This document shows, piece by piece, positions 16,010 to 29,598 of a stretch of 64,000 bases of DNA; position 1 is the first letter of the stretch, and the number at the start of each line of letters is the position of its first letter. Under the pieces are notes generated by a model. It did no database searches. It worked only from the letters and a program-made list of their open reading frames with translations, and was not told the origin of the DNA. The translations under genes and the position numbers were made by a program. Origin of the DNA: Octopus vulgaris (lineage: Eukaryota); contig OX597823.1 of the NCBI GenBank assembly GCA_951406725.2, positions 27,156,001 through 27,220,000 of the forward strand. The letters are read 5' to 3'.

Positions 16010-16483
16010 CCGTCCAGATGAATATAATTTGCAGGACTGCATTCTAGGACGTCCGCACAAAGTCTGACTTGTAAAACAGTCCTACCCATTACACTCGTGG
16101 TTACTATTTCAAATGTTCTCGTTTTGGTGCGCTAAATTACCGGAAAAACTGATGTTGCAGATAATACTTTACTGCAGTGGCCTTTGCCGGTTAGAGAACG
16201 TATTAATTTAAATTTAAATTTAAAATGAGGGTGAGAAATTAGATATCAATTTAATTAACATCGATTTCACACCAGTAGTCTAGTATATAAAAAAACTGAA
16301 GGTTCAGTAAAATTGTATTATATACATATTAGAGGGAAACCACTATGTGGATATCCTTATGCTAGAAATAGATCTGCTATGGTACTACCACTAAGAAATG
16401 TTCTCAAGAAAAATTTAGCGAAACAACCAAAACGTAATCGACGTCCTAGTATGCAGTCCTGCAAATTATATTCATCTGGGCGG

Positions 16484-16553
16484 TCGCACCGATGATCTAC
16501 GGACATTTATGTAAGTATAATTACGTAATATTTTAATAGTGAAACGTATGCGA
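16484..16553 (+). ncRNA. Type I hammerhead motif (U4C core variant)
   Basis: TCGCA-CCGATGA-tcta...tagt-GAAA-CGTA-TGCGA, with palindromic ACGU stem III. Confidence 0.65.
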
Positions 16554-16651
16554 ATAATCCATATTTTTATTGCTTTTTCTTTTGTCCTGCTCGACTACGT
16601 TTTGGTTGTTTAGCTAAATTCTACTATTTCCTTCTATCTAACTCTCACATA

Positions 16652-16703
16652 TAGTCTCTGATGATGGGATATCTTTCGTATCTCCGAAACAGCTGTAAGA
16701 CTA
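16652..16703 (+). ncRNA. Canonical minimal type I hammerhead ribozyme
   Basis: TAGTCT-CTGATGA-tGGGATA tctttcg TATCTCc-GAAA-CAGCTGTA-AGACTA. 6-bp stem I, palindromic ACAGCUGU stem III, GUA site. Confidence 0.8.
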
Positions 16704-16849
16704 CTCTGTCCTAGAAATTTCACACTGCCGTGGATTTGTTGTCGCATTTTATTTAACTTGTATATATACATGTATATATATATATATATTTTTTTTTATT
16801 TATATATATATATATATACACATATACATATACATATATCGCCATTATT

Positions 16850-17032
16850 GATCGCTAGCCACTAAAGCTTTTTTTCTATTCTCTCTCTGTTTATTTTCTC
16901 GTATTCCTTTCTGTTGAAAAGCGTAGGCTTGAAACGTAAAATACTTTGTCCCCTTCCCGAGCGTTAAACTAATACATCTGTTTGTTGTTTATACACCTGT
17001 CTTCGTCTTTTGTTTTTATCGTAAATTCAAAC
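16850..17032 (+). mobile_element. Copy of hammerhead-like repeat family
   Basis: Homologous to 4345-4535 (reverse), 50625-50805 and 63538-63705. Confidence 0.65.
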
Positions 17033-17040
17033 TATATATA

Positions 17041-17404
17041 CAGGCTGATTCAAAAGTCGCCATACATAGGAACAATTTATCTTTTTATAAGAAACAGTTT
17101 ATAAGAACTATTTTTATTATTTAACGGGCTCTATATGGTTACCCTTGTTTTGAACACACATTGCAAAACATTTACCCCACTCATTGTGAACTCGTAATAG
17201 CACATCTAGTGATACTTATGCAAATGATTTGGTAATGCGTTCCTTCAAATGATTTATGTTTTTCATCTTTCCGGGATACGCCATGCATTTCAAATACCCC
17301 AAAAGATAGAAATCATGAGGGCTCAGATCAGGGAATCTAGGAGATCTTATAAACTGTTGCTTATAAAAAGTTTTTCTATGTATGGAGACTTTTGAATCAC
17401 CCTG
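17041..17404 (-). mobile_element. Internally deleted Tc1/mariner-superfamily element (MITE-like)
   Basis: TIRs caggctgattcaaaagtcgccatacatag / ctatgtatggagacttttgaatcaccctg, each flanked by TA. Minus-strand remnant PRFPDLSPHDFYLLGYLKCMAY (SPDL.P.DF.LWG.LK type). Confidence 0.85.
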
Positions 17405-17467
17405 TATATATCTATATCTATATCTCTCTCTATATATATATAATATGTGTGTATATATATACATATA

Positions 17468-17517
<50 letters not shown>

Positions 17518-17536
17518 ATGTATATATATATATATA

Positions 17537-17598
<62 letters not shown>

Positions 17599-17602
17599 TA
17601 TG

Positions 17603-17659
<57 letters not shown>

Positions 17660-19362
17660 ATATCATGTCTGCAGCCAAATGATTGAAGTAAGTAGAAGAT
17701 GAAAGATGAAAGATACATATGTATGTGCGTGTGTGTCCTTTGGTTACTAGAGATAAGACTGAGAAAGTGCTGTGCTTCTGACTATTATTAAACCAGAAAC
17801 ACTTACCCACAATTGTCCTCTTATCTACTGAAGCTAAGTATGTTCTTTTCCTCAATGGAATGACGCTTTCGGAGAAATTCTTGATTCTTTATTTCCTATT
17901 CTCATGTGGAGTTGTTCTCAATTGCCATTTCGTAATTATGGGGCATCATCTATCAATAAATCAAGAATTCATGCTTTATGGCATTTGAAATTCATGTATT
18001 TGTCTGTTATTCAGATACATGCCATTAGCCACTCTGAGCTAATTCTCTTTGCTTACTTTTGTTTGTAAATGTATATTCTACTTAAAGGAAGATAGTGAGA
18101 AAAAGAGTGAAAGAGAATTGGCAGCATCTTATATAATGATTTTTGTTAATATGAATATTCGGTAACCGATGAAAAAATTTTCTTTTGCAGGAAAAATAAC
18201 TACAAAAACAAATACTTTGATTTTGAAGAAAACAAAGTAGAAAATAGAAGTTGAAATTGCCTTCAGTGTTTTAAGTATTATATTTCTATAAATATTTCAG
18301 ACGAGACTGATCAATAACTGAAGAGTAAATGTGAAGTGTATTGTTAGGCAGTTATTATAGTTAGATGGATACATAAAAACATATATATATATATATATAT
18401 ATATTAGATCTAGATTTATAGATATATGGGGATAGAGAAAAGGGGGCGCTTTTAATGGCTTAGTCAGGACAGCGTCCATCATCTTCGCGGGTTCTCCGAA
18501 TTTATGAGTTTAGAAGTGAGAGAAAGAGAGAGAGAAGAGGGGAGTAGAGAGAAAGCTTGGCCTATGTATTGTTGTAATAAAAAGTGGCGCATCAAGATAT
18601 CGTGTAATGTACCTTCTGGATGAAAACCTGGTCTAAATAATTGCAACAGAATTCACTCGCCGAAAGTTACACTATATATAATCAAAAAGATATAGCTCAC
18701 CCGGGGAGCTCCTGTATTGATTACCTCAACCCAATTTTATTCATATTGCTTGGTACGACACCACATGTTGAGGGAGAAGACATTTGCCCATGATATCCTG
18801 CAGCGGAATCGAAGCAAAACGCGCTTGATAGGAAACACATGAATGTAATTTCACCGCCAGGTTCAGAAGTAAAGTTAGTAAAATACGAGGCAAGGCATAA
18901 ATAAATAAATAAAAACGTAAGAAAGAAATTTATGGTCAAATTCCACCTGTTTCTACCTGTGTTGCTCAACAACTCAGTGAACGAATTTCTCGCCTGTAGG
19001 GAATCGCACATTCACACATACATGCATATATATATAGAATGCATACATACATAGATACATAATAAATACGCACATAAATATTTACATACATTCGTACATA
19101 CCGTAATATATGTTATGTGTGTTTCAGACAGTCAGTCAGCAGCTGGTCTAAAAGCAGAAACATTACGTATCATAAAACATATTCAGACAAATACATAAAA
19201 AAAGTCATCAACGGATGGACTGTGCTTTGTGATGGAGTATGGTGTGTGTGTTGGTAGGAAGGCTATTATCTGTCAGTTATTATACTATGAGCCTTCCATA
19301 GTAGCTTTCTCTCCGCAACTCGCAAAACCTTTCAGGTTTGTTGATAAAAATATTATTTATGT

Positions 19363-19410
<48 letters not shown>

Positions 19411-19556
19411 AGGAGTGGCTGTGTGGTAAGTAGCTTGCTAACCAACCACATGGTTCCGGGTTCAGTCCCTCTGCGTGGCACCTTGGGCAAGTGTCTTCTG
19501 CTATAGCCCCGGGCCGACCAATGCCTTGTGAGTAGATTTGGTAGACGGAAACTGAA
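19411..19556 (+). mobile_element. SINE family A, 5' half
   Basis: Clean tRNA-like head ggagtggctgtgtggtaagtagcttgc...gggttcagtccc; breaks off at (AAT)n. Confidence 0.85.
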
Positions 19557-19582
19557 TAATAATAATAATAATAATAATAATG

Positions 19583-19611
<29 letters not shown>

Positions 19612-19614
<3 letters not shown>

Positions 19615-20400
19615 GCCGGAAACGGAGGCTCTAATCTGTGCTGTCCAAGAGGAAGCACTAAGGACTAATTTCATCAAATACAGAATAGACAACACATCAG
19701 CAAGTGATAAGTGCAGAATTTGTGGACAAACTTAGTGACACCCTATTGCATATTACCAGTCAATGTACGCCACTAGCCCAGAAAGAATATAAGAGACATC
19801 ATGACAATATAGCAAGGATCGTCCATTCGACACTTTGTGACAAGTATGAACTTAACAGAGCAAAAAAGTGGTACGAGCATAAACCTAAAGGCATCATCGA
19901 AAAGGATAATGCAAAGATCCTATGGGATTTTATGATTACGTGCGACTATGAAATAGAGAACATAAAACCAGACATAGTGTTAATTGAAAAAGAAAGCAAA
20001 CGATGCTAGATCATAGATATAGCATGTCCAGCTGACAACAAGGACAAAGAAGTTGTATGAGAAAACTTCAGAAGGAGTCACTGAAAATAAGAATTGCAAA
20101 ATCCTGTGGGATGCAACGATCCAGTGAGATCACTTGATCCGACATCGGAAACCTGATATTCTTGTGGTGAATAAGAAAGAAAGAACATGTATGATAATCG
20201 ACATATGCCCTAGAGACGAAAGGACCAATGTGAAAGAAGAAAAAAATAAACAACTATGACGATTGGAAGTGGGAAATACGAATGTTGTGGTCAATGAAGA
20301 GAGTAGACGTAATACTAATAGTAATTGGTGTACTTGGAAGTATCAGCATACAACTACCGACATGGCTAAAAATGATTGGTGCATTCCAAATGAGAAATTG
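19612..20400 (+). mobile_element. R4/Dong-like RLE non-LTR retrotransposon fragments (two joined pieces)
   Basis: ETEALICAVQEEALRTNFIKYRID...KCRICG...HITSQCTPLAQKEYKRHHDNIARIVH...ILWDF...KPDIVL...IIDIACPAD (CCHC knuckle plus PD-(D/E)xK). A second ILWD...KPDILVV...IIDIC copy starts at ~20085. Confidence 0.88.
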
Positions 20401-21210
20401 AAATATGTGAGCGGAGGATCCAATCGCTCGGAGCATATGCATCCCAAGAAACGTGAGTAATAGAATATCTAGACTATGAACGGATGAACAGACATTCGAT
20501 CTGCATGCTGAGTATTACAACTAAGCATTGGCTAGAGCGGGTATAGGGATAAAATAGAATATATAGGGATTAAGACTGGGAAGACCCAATATCCAGAGCC
20601 ATTATCAATAGTGGTAATAACCATAAAATAGCCACAGAATACAAGAATCTAGAAAAATAGCTTTTAATCTCTTGATTTATTTATTTTAAGTTTTTCTAAT
20701 TTTTAATTTTTATTTTTCAATGTTTAATCTTTCAATGTTTTTAACTCTTTAATTTTTCAATTTTTTTAAATACTGTATTTCTATCGCTTTTGGAATTATT
20801 AAATTTTTTGATTTTTAAAAGTTAAAATACTTTTATTACCTAATAATATTTAAATTTTTATTCTTACTCTTATTTTCCAATTTTTTTATACCTCGCTTAC
20901 CATTTGTTTCTCATTTTTAATTCCAATTCTATTTAATATTCACTTCGTAAATTTACTAACTTTTTACTTCGTAATATTGAAATTCTCCAACATCCTATTT
21001 CATTTAAATTTAAATTTTTAAAGTTCACATTATTTTCTTATTTCTAAACCTTTGAGGTACGAAGGAAAATTTATAACATCTCTGATATTGTTATAATCTT
21101 GTGTTTGTTTCAGTCATTAGACAGCGGCCATGTGGGAGCACCACTTTGAGGAATTGAGGTTATTTTTGTATTATCTGAAATGGAATACACGATTATCGAT
21201 TAATTTCCCA

Positions 21211-21257
<47 letters not shown>

Positions 21258-21258
21258 T

Positions 21259-21307
<49 letters not shown>

Positions 21308-21308
21308 T

Positions 21309-21340
<32 letters not shown>

Positions 21341-21518
21341 TGTAAATATACATTACAGATATAGGGTGAAATATAATTAATTTAATAAAATCAACAAATT
21401 TCACCTAGTAGTATTTCGGTATGTAAATATATATACATTCATGCATATATATATATATATGCATATATGTGTGTACACACACGCATTCATACACATATAC
21501 ATATATATATATATATAC

Positions 21519-21672
21519 ACGACAGGATTCTTTCAGTTTCCATTTATCAAATTCATTCACAAGGTTTTGGTCGGCCTGAGGTTATAGCAGAGGATACTTG
21601 CCCAAAGTGACACGAAGTGAGACCGAAAGCGGGACTGTGTGTTCGAGAGGCAAATTTCTTAGCACACAGCCG
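21519..21672 (-). mobile_element. SINE family A, diverged 5' half
   Basis: ctttcagtttccatttatcaaattcattcacaaggtttt...acttgcccaaagtg matches family A. Confidence 0.75.
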
Positions 21673-21713
21673 TTATTTTCTTGATATTTCTTAATATTTA
21701 ACATTTGGAAGGT

Positions 21714-21920
21714 GGTCACCGACCAGATTCGTTAGCACGCCGGACGAAATGCTTACGAGTATTCTGTCCGTATTTAAATTGAAATTGCGCCGATGTTGAC
21801 TTTGCCTTTTCATCCTTTCGGAATCGATAAAATAAGTACCAGTTGTGTACTGGGGTCGATGTAATCGACTTACACCATCACCAGAAATTGCTGGTTTTGT
21901 GCCAAAATTTGAAACCAATA
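21714..21920 (+). mobile_element. SINE family B
   Basis: cgttagcacgccggacgaaatgctta...gactttgccttttcatcctttcgg...ggggtcgatgtaatcgact...gccaaaatttgaaacc. Confidence 0.82.
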
Positions 21921-22249
21921 TTTAACTCCGATTTTTCATATTTTATTCTTAGGAAGCTTTGCGACCTATCTTTCAACATTTGTTTATCTACTTTTTAAAA
22001 TTTATGTATTAATTTATTATTTTATACCCATTTCAACCAAAGCATAATTAAGTTTAAGTCAAGTAATGGGTTATTTTTCTTCTTTCCTCTGAACGATACA
22101 GAGAGGATTCTTTCTTCCCGCCAGCGGGACAAGTATTTGATTCGCGATGGATGAAGTTGTTTAGCGACCATCTTATCGTTGACACAAAAACGTATGAGTT
22201 CTATAACTGTACCTTTCAATAAATATAGACCCCTATTACTAACGATATC

Positions 22250-23432
22250 GAGGTCTACACACGATTTGTCACAGGCAATTTGTCGATGTCTACACACGAT
22301 TTGTCACAGGCAATTTGTCGATGTCGACACAATTTGTCACAAGCAATTTGTCGATGTCCATACACGATTTGTCACAGGCAATTTGTCGATGTCTACACAC
22401 GATTTGCCACAGGCAATTTGTCGATGTCGACACACGATTTGTCACAAGCAATTTGTCGATGTCCATACACGATTTGTCACAGGCAATTTGTCGATGTGGA
22501 CACACGATTTGTCACAGGCAATTTGTCGATGTCTACACACGATTTGTCAGAGGTAATTTGTCGATGTGGACACACGATTTGTCACAGGCAATTTGTCGAT
22601 GTCTACACACGATTTGTCACAGGTAATTTGTCGATGTCTACACACGATTTGTCACAGGCAATTTGTCGATATCTACACACGATTTGTCACAGGCAATTTG
22701 TCGATGTCGACACACGATTTGTCACAGGCAATTTGTTGATGTCTACACACGATTTGTCACAGGCAATTTGTCGATGTCTACACACGATTTGTCACAGGCA
22801 ATTTGTCGATGTCTACACACGATTTGTCACAGGAAATTTGTCGATATGGACACACGATTTGTTACAGGCAATTTGTCGATGTCTACACACGATTTGTCAC
22901 AGGCAATTTGTCGATATCTACACACGATTTGTCACAGGCAATTTGTCGATGTCGACACACGATTTGTCACAGGCAATTTGTCGGTGTCTACACACGATTT
23001 GCCACAAGCAATTTGTCGATGTCGACGCCCGATTTGTCACAAGCAATTTGTCAATGTCCATACACGATTTGTCACAGGCAATTTGTTGATGTCTACACAC
23101 GATTTGTCACAGGCAATTTGTCGATGTGGACACACGATTTATCACAAGCAATTTGTCGATGTCCACACACGATTTGTCACAGGCAATTTGTCGATTTCAC
23201 AGGCAATTTGTCGATGTCTACACATGATTTGTCACAGGCAATTTGTCGATGTCTACACGCGATTTGTCACAGGCAATTTGTCGATGTCTACACACGATTT
23301 GTCACAGGCAATTTGTCGATGTGGACACACGATTTGTGACAGGCAATTTGTCGATGTCCATACACGATTTGTCACAGGCAATTTGTCGATGTGGACACAC
23401 GATTTGTCACACACAATTTGCCGATGTCTACA
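22250..23432. repeat. 35-bp minisatellite, about 33-34 copies
   Basis: Unit acacacgatttgtcacaggcaatttgtcgatgtct repeated head to tail with few variants and no spacers. Confidence 0.97.
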
Positions 23433-23931
23433 CACACACACATGCACGCACATAGACACACACACAATCACACACACATACAAGCACACACAATCATGCA
23501 CATACACACACACACACGCACACGTATACGTATCATATAATATTAGTAATTCTTTTATTCTTTTTCCTAGGCTGTATTGGAATTTCTCTCCGTATGAGAT
23601 TTCTTCTCAGTTATCCGCTCACAGTCTGTTACAATAAACCACTTACGTTCCGATTCCGTTTCACATTGCAGCCTCTATCTCCACATTGTAATTTCAGTTT
23701 CTCCAACTCGTCTTCTTTCTCTTCTTCCTATTTGTACTGTTGATTTGTTTCCTCCTGTATCTAGAAATATCACGCCAACGAGGTGTAAAGCTTTTCCTTA
23801 TATCATCGCGAACGTTGAACGTATACATTTACTAACGTAGGTAAAATCAAGTAACGAGGCATAAATGCAATATTCAAAAGTATTATGTGAAACGTGTTTA
23901 GTTCATAAAACTGATTAATGCTGAAAACGAT

Positions 23932-23995
<64 letters not shown>

Positions 23996-24279
23996 TGTGT
24001 GTCTGTGTGCGCATGCATACCCTCTCTCTTCCTTTCTCTCTCTCTCTCTATATATATATTAATAATAAAAGGGTAAAATTAATTAATTAATTAATTGATT
24101 AATTAATCAATTAATCAATTAATAGTTTTCCCAAGTAGATCGGTACGTTAAAATAACATTTTTAGGTAAAATTACACAAATATTCTATAATGTGGTTTGG
24201 AAGCAAGCTTCTCACTACTCACCCACTTCTGCACCTACATATATAATATATATGTCTTTCTGCCTGGGTTTGTCCGCGA

Positions 24280-24475
24280 CGTCCGCTTGACAGCCAGCCG
24301 GTGTTGGTGTGTTTACGCCCCCTCTAACTTTGCAGTTTGGCAAAAGGGACCATTAGAATAGGTATCAGGCTTAAAAAGGAGAAAGAAAAAAAGCACTGGG
24401 GTGGATGCATTCGACAAAAAATTCAAGGCATTGTTGTAGCATGGCCACAGTCAGATGACGGAAACAAGTAAAAGA
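24280..24475 (+). mobile_element. SINE family A, diverged 3' half
   Basis: gcttgacagccagccggtgttggtgtgtttacg...agcatggccacagtcagatgacggaaacaagtaaaaga. Confidence 0.7.
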
Positions 24476-25291
24476 TATACATGCATACAGAGACACATGC
24501 GCAATGCATCCGTTTAAGCACGCGGAGAGAAGATATACACACACGCATACTTAGAAGAGGATGAAATAGCTTCAGATTTAGGAAAGACGAAAGGGGTTGT
24601 ATGAGTGCAAGGCAGACAGATTTAGGAAAAGATGAATTACTAATAATAAATGGAAAATATGAAAATATGCTTTGTTAATTAGAATTCAATTTCGTAGCTA
24701 CTCTAATAGAAATCGAAAACTCTTTATACAAGTATGCGATGCACGTTAATTGGTAGTGTATAGAGGGCCGCCTGTCACTTTGCCAATAGATCGTTTTGTG
24801 ACAATTAATACATCTTTCATATCGCGGAGAGTTTTGCTGTAGTTGTTGTTGTTGTGGTTGTTTTGATATAATTATCATGTAAGTCACAGCAAATATCGTT
24901 GGTTGAATATTTAGTAATAATCTTTAATTATAAATTATTGCCTAACGATTTATACAATCATTGGATGTCGCTGTGGTGATGGTGATGGTGATGGTGATGA
25001 TGCCAGTCGGTGGTGGCAGTGGTGATGTTGCTGATGGTGGCGGCGGCGGTGGTGATGGTGGATATGTTGTGGTGGATTTGTCTGCAGCATTGTTGGATGT
25101 GGAGGGGGATGGGGTGATAGTGGCGTTTATAGATACGGTGTTGCAATGTGTGATATAAGAAGCTGGCGGTGAAAGTTGGTTGCGATGATGGATACATCGG
25201 CATTTGTAGTGATGGCGTAGATGAGATGTTATTGGTGATAATAGCGGCAGATATGTAAGAGGATTCGTTGGTGTTGTTGGTGGTTGTGATA

Positions 25292-25359
<68 letters not shown>

Positions 25360-25441
25360 TATCTATATATTCATTTGTATATGCATATGTAAATATACAT
25401 GCGTATATATACATATACCTTTCTATATTTTCCGACTTCTC

Positions 25442-25524
25442 TCTCTCCGATGACGGTATACTTAGCATCCCTACTCAATATCTAGATTCACATGCTTGGC
25501 TATTCTAGAAACAGCTGTAAGGGA
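25442..25524 (+). ncRNA. Degenerate hammerhead motif
   Basis: TCTCT-CCGATGA-(long stem II region)-GAAA-CAGCTGTA-AGGGA; same stem III as 16652. Confidence 0.5.
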
Positions 25525-25610
25525 CTCTGTATGTTTATATCCTATATTTAAATTAAATATTTTTCGAGTGATGCTAAATGTTTTGCTCTTTCGTTTTCTA
25601 TTTTAATGTA

Positions 25611-25684
<74 letters not shown>

Positions 25685-26251
25685 GAAATGTATGTATGTA
25701 TGTATGTATATGGATGTACATGTATATACAAGCACACACATATATGCATACATACATACGTAAATATAGTTCACGGATGAAATCCGATTATTCTCAGTAT
25801 AGAAGACACTAAGACACTGAATAGTACTCAAAATATTCAAACATAGACTCTGATGTCTTTACAGAGAATTATTCTACGCGGTTGAGAAAAACTATAAGCG
25901 GGATCAGGTTGAACGTGTATAGAGCCAATTATGCGGAGAAACAAATTAGACACATCAAATATATTAAAAATATTAAATACATCAAATACAGAATGTGTAA
26001 GTGAAATCGTTGTCGTGGCCAATGACAGTACCGCCTAATTGGTACCCGTACTGGTGGCACGTATAAAGCACCATTTGAGCGTGGTCGATGCCAGCGCCGC
26101 CTGACTGGCTCTCGTGCCGTCTTTTTTTGCCTGTCCTTCTAATTATTGTTTTTCTTGTCCGCCTTTGTATAGTCTATCTGTCCGAACGTTTTAATGTCCT
26201 CTATTGCGTTTTTGTTCCATTTATACATACATACATACATACATACATACA

Positions 26252-26283
<32 letters not shown>

Positions 26284-26699
26284 CACATATATATATATAT
26301 ATATATATGGTTTGTAGGCTTTAGAATTGTCCAAAACCCTTATTCTTACTTATTTTGAACGAATAAGGCAGACAGCCTTATCATCAGTAAATATTAATTA
26401 TTTGTTCTTGACAATTCTCTGAGAAATATGGTACTTTTAATTGGTGCAGGACTTGATGGTTGATATTTTTAGAAGAATATTCTGATCAATTGTTCGTGTG
26501 CTGAAATTTGTGAATGGACTCAATGTATGTTTTAGATACCCAACATGTCAAGTATGAAGATAATATCTTGATGACTATATTTTTCCTGCTGTTAATCACG
26601 TTTGTAATACCTTCTACAGACAACTCAAATCGATATTTTCAATCATATCTTCTGTCTCTTTTGTTCCATCACATTCAGAATCTCTTTCGTTCAACACGT

Positions 26700-28090
26700 A
26701 TTTTGTTATCACTTGCATAACTTTCTAATGCTATGCCTTTGTTTGGTCACTCAAACATTTCTCGAGACGCTTTTTGTAATATGTTTTAATAAGCTCCAGC
26801 TACTATTGTACCTGTAATTATGAAGAACAGGCAAGATAAAGAGGTCATTGGTGACAATACTTTTTGTTTAGAAAGCGCTTTTTTCACGTTTATCTATTCA
26901 GTATGAGCACAATCCTTTAACCATTATTCCATCTCTGTATCAATTGTTATTAAATCTTGTTGATTCACAGTATTGTAGGCATTTCGCGTCGGCAATCTAT
27001 AAATCATCAATAAAAATATAATGGAATAAATTGTGGTTCCTTGTAGAGCTTAGCGTCGAACTACTTGATATTTTTGACGGAAATTGCAGTGGATTTAGGG
27101 AAAATATTAATCAGAAGTACAAATATGCCGTTTCTTTTAAATATTCATTTTGAAAGCCTTATTGCTTGAAAGGCAATCATGGTGCTTTCAGTTACAGAAT
27201 TGTCAGGTCGAGAGCAGTAGAGGCGTTTTCTATTTTATTCTAGCTTTATTAATTAAGGTAGTTAGTGCTTACATTTTTAATGCTGTGCACATCTAATTAC
27301 AAATAATTATTTTTTAGGTAAAAGATAACATCAATTTGATTACAAGTATTATTTTAATGAATTAAGTAATTGTAGGAGTCGATTTCGGAATGTTTCGGTA
27401 CAATTCAACTTCATCAGTAAAATTTAAAGTTCTCTATGTATGTAAAATACTGCTGAGAGAACCACTAAGTAAAATACATTAATAAACATAATATAAATTA
27501 TCATTGACATTAATTACAACCAGACACCATCCGTTTGAAAAACAATGGTTTATGTTTATGCTGGTCATTGAACAAAAGCTGTCTTCTCTCACCCCATTCT
27601 TATCAGATTTCCGATATCCTCTACATTAAATATATTTACGCTAACACAATTACTGTTTTTAAAATTACTCGGCGCGCACTTAACATATCCATGTTTCCAA
27701 CAGTCCGCACTTGGTCAGACCTGAAAAGGTTTTGGAGGAATTGCGTGGAGAAAATTTGAGTAAAGCTTGCAGATAATTTGTGATAAAGCAATAAGCCTAA
27801 AGTTTTTCTGTCAACTGGCTATTTTTTTGTTTTATTTCTGGTTCAAGATTTATCATGCATTGACGAACCACTTTGCTATGCCAAGTTACGTAATTCTTTA
27901 AGTAATTTTCCATACAATATCATTCACCACTATCCTCTTACTTCAGGATTTAGGAGGCAGTCGCTTTCGGTCGTTAAATTCCCTTTTAGTGAGGACACAA
28001 AACGGAATGTTATTGTTTTCAGTTGTAATTCCCTTACATTCCATATGTTGGCTATCATTCTTCCAAATCTTTTAGAGTATAAAGCTTTGG
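26700..28090 (-). pseudogene. Possible highly decayed P-element/THAP9-like transposase
   Basis: Scattered minus-strand peptides in the expected order: C-K-G/GNY THAP-like start (~28040), DVHSIKNVSTN (~27280; cf. VH.LKNIRNN), TESTMIAF, KETAYL, RLEKCL. Heavily broken. Confidence 0.3.
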
Positions 28091-28834
28091 AATTTTCATA
28101 AGGATTTTCATTACACTCTGATGGAATTTGTTTTCATACTCCGATATATAGTGCGTGGTTTAGAAGTAAAGCGGCGGGTATTACAGCTTCATTGACGTCT
28201 CGCTTTTTGGTTAGATTTTACAATTATATTTCCTTATTTATTTATTACATCTTTCTTCGGTAAGTGCATTTCTCACATATTGTTCTCTATTCATGTTTCA
28301 GAACTACTAATTGGCGCTCAATAATTTCGCATTTAAAAAAACAATGTTTAAATGTAATTCACTTTTCTTTCATGCAATATACTTTGAGAACGTTGAACTT
28401 TATGTCAAACAAACTTAAATCTTGTACATCTAGCATGAGCAGTAGTAAATTCTTGAAAGTGAAACCTTCATCACCGAGCAGCAAAGACGAAGCATTAAAA
28501 GACAATTGCTATTTCTACAAAAGCCGATAAAATATGGGGATGCATTAGAAAAAATTTCGAAAGCGACAGAAAATAGCATTACACACACACACACACACAC
28601 ACACTTTCACACACTCACTCTAACTCTCTCTCTCTCTCTCTATGTCACGTGCACACATATATATTTGCATATATATATATATACATATGCACAAACTCTG
28701 TGACGCACACACACACATACAACACACATGCACCCCCTCTAACTCTCACTCCCTACCTCTCTCTCTCTCTCTCTCTCTCTGTCATACACATACACACATA
28801 TATATTTGCATGTATATACATATTCTCTTTTAAT

Positions 28835-29039
28835 CTTTTACTTGTTTCAGTCATTTGACTGTGGGTATGCTGGAGCATTGCTTTTAGTGGAGCAAATCGA
28901 CCCCAGGACTTATTCTTTGTAAGCTTAGTACTTATTCTATCGGTCTCTTTTGCCGAACTGCTAAATTACGGGGACATAAACACACCAGCATCGGTTGTCA
29001 AGCGATGTTGGGGGGACAAACAGAGACACACAAATACAC

Positions 29040-29097
<58 letters not shown>

Positions 29098-29200
29098 GCA
29101 TCCGTATATACGACAGGCTTCTTTCAGTTTCCGTCTACCAAATCCACTCACAAGGCTTTGACCGGCCTGAAGCTATAGTAGAAGACACTTGCCCAAGATG
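28835..29200 (-). mobile_element. SINE family A, head truncated
   Basis: Reverse match to family A body and tail, with internal (CA)n(TA)n. Confidence 0.85.
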
Positions 29201-29294
29201 CATACATGCATATATATGTATGTATACGTTCGTATTTGTATGTATTCGTATGTTGTATTTATATTTATATGTATTTATGTTTCTTACTGTGTAT

Positions 29295-29352
29295 ATTCCA
29301 CTGATGAGGCAAAGCATTCCTAAATGCAAAACAGAAATCCGGGATCTGGAAT
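29295..29352 (+). ncRNA. Type I hammerhead motif
   Basis: ATTCCA-CTGATGA-gg..GCATT ccta AATGC..-GAAA-TCCGGGATC-TGGAAT. 6-bp stem I, stem III AUCC/GGAU, AUC site. Confidence 0.7.
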
Positions 29353-29502
29353 TATCCAGTAATTTTTTACTAGTTTCATCTTGTCTCTTTGTCTTCTCTT
29401 CGTGTTGCTATATGGACACTTAGGGTGGTTTTAGGGTCAGATCATGGCTGGTATTTTCAGCATCGTGGTATCTCGTAGATACCCTAATTTATAATTTTAA
29501 TA

Positions 29503-29598
<96 letters not shown>

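Larger units (their letters stand above)
15676..16620. mobile_element. Penelope-like pLTR remnant with direct and inverted repeats
   Basis: 15676-15900 is directly repeated at 16219-16440. ~15875-16052 is inverted at 16440-16620. Both inverted arms carry a hammerhead motif. Confidence 0.65.

Noticed and set aside
18178-18240. Splice-acceptor-like tttcttttgcag|G as a possible 5'UTR exon of the GPCR
   Set aside because: No supporting donor site, ORF or transcript evidence; such motifs are common in AT-rich DNA.
22250-23432. CRISPR array, or Cys/His-rich repeat protein (ORFs 22280-23089, 22663-23637)
   Set aside because: The 35-bp units are contiguous with no unique spacers and no cas genes, in a eukaryotic context. 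The ORFs arise because the unit lacks stops, and 35 is not a multiple of 3.
24958-25203. His/Thr-rich or Gly/Val-rich ORFs
   Set aside because: Degenerate (GGT/GAT)n trinucleotide repeat, not a recognisable protein.
26370-26392. Hammerhead candidate (minus strand CUGAUGA-UAAGGC...GCCUUA)
   Set aside because: The hairpin is not followed by GAAA, and no stem I or III is present.
27369-27423. Hammerhead candidate (minus strand CUGAUGA...GAAAUCGACUC)
   Set aside because: Stems I and II pair poorly; not distinguishable from chance.
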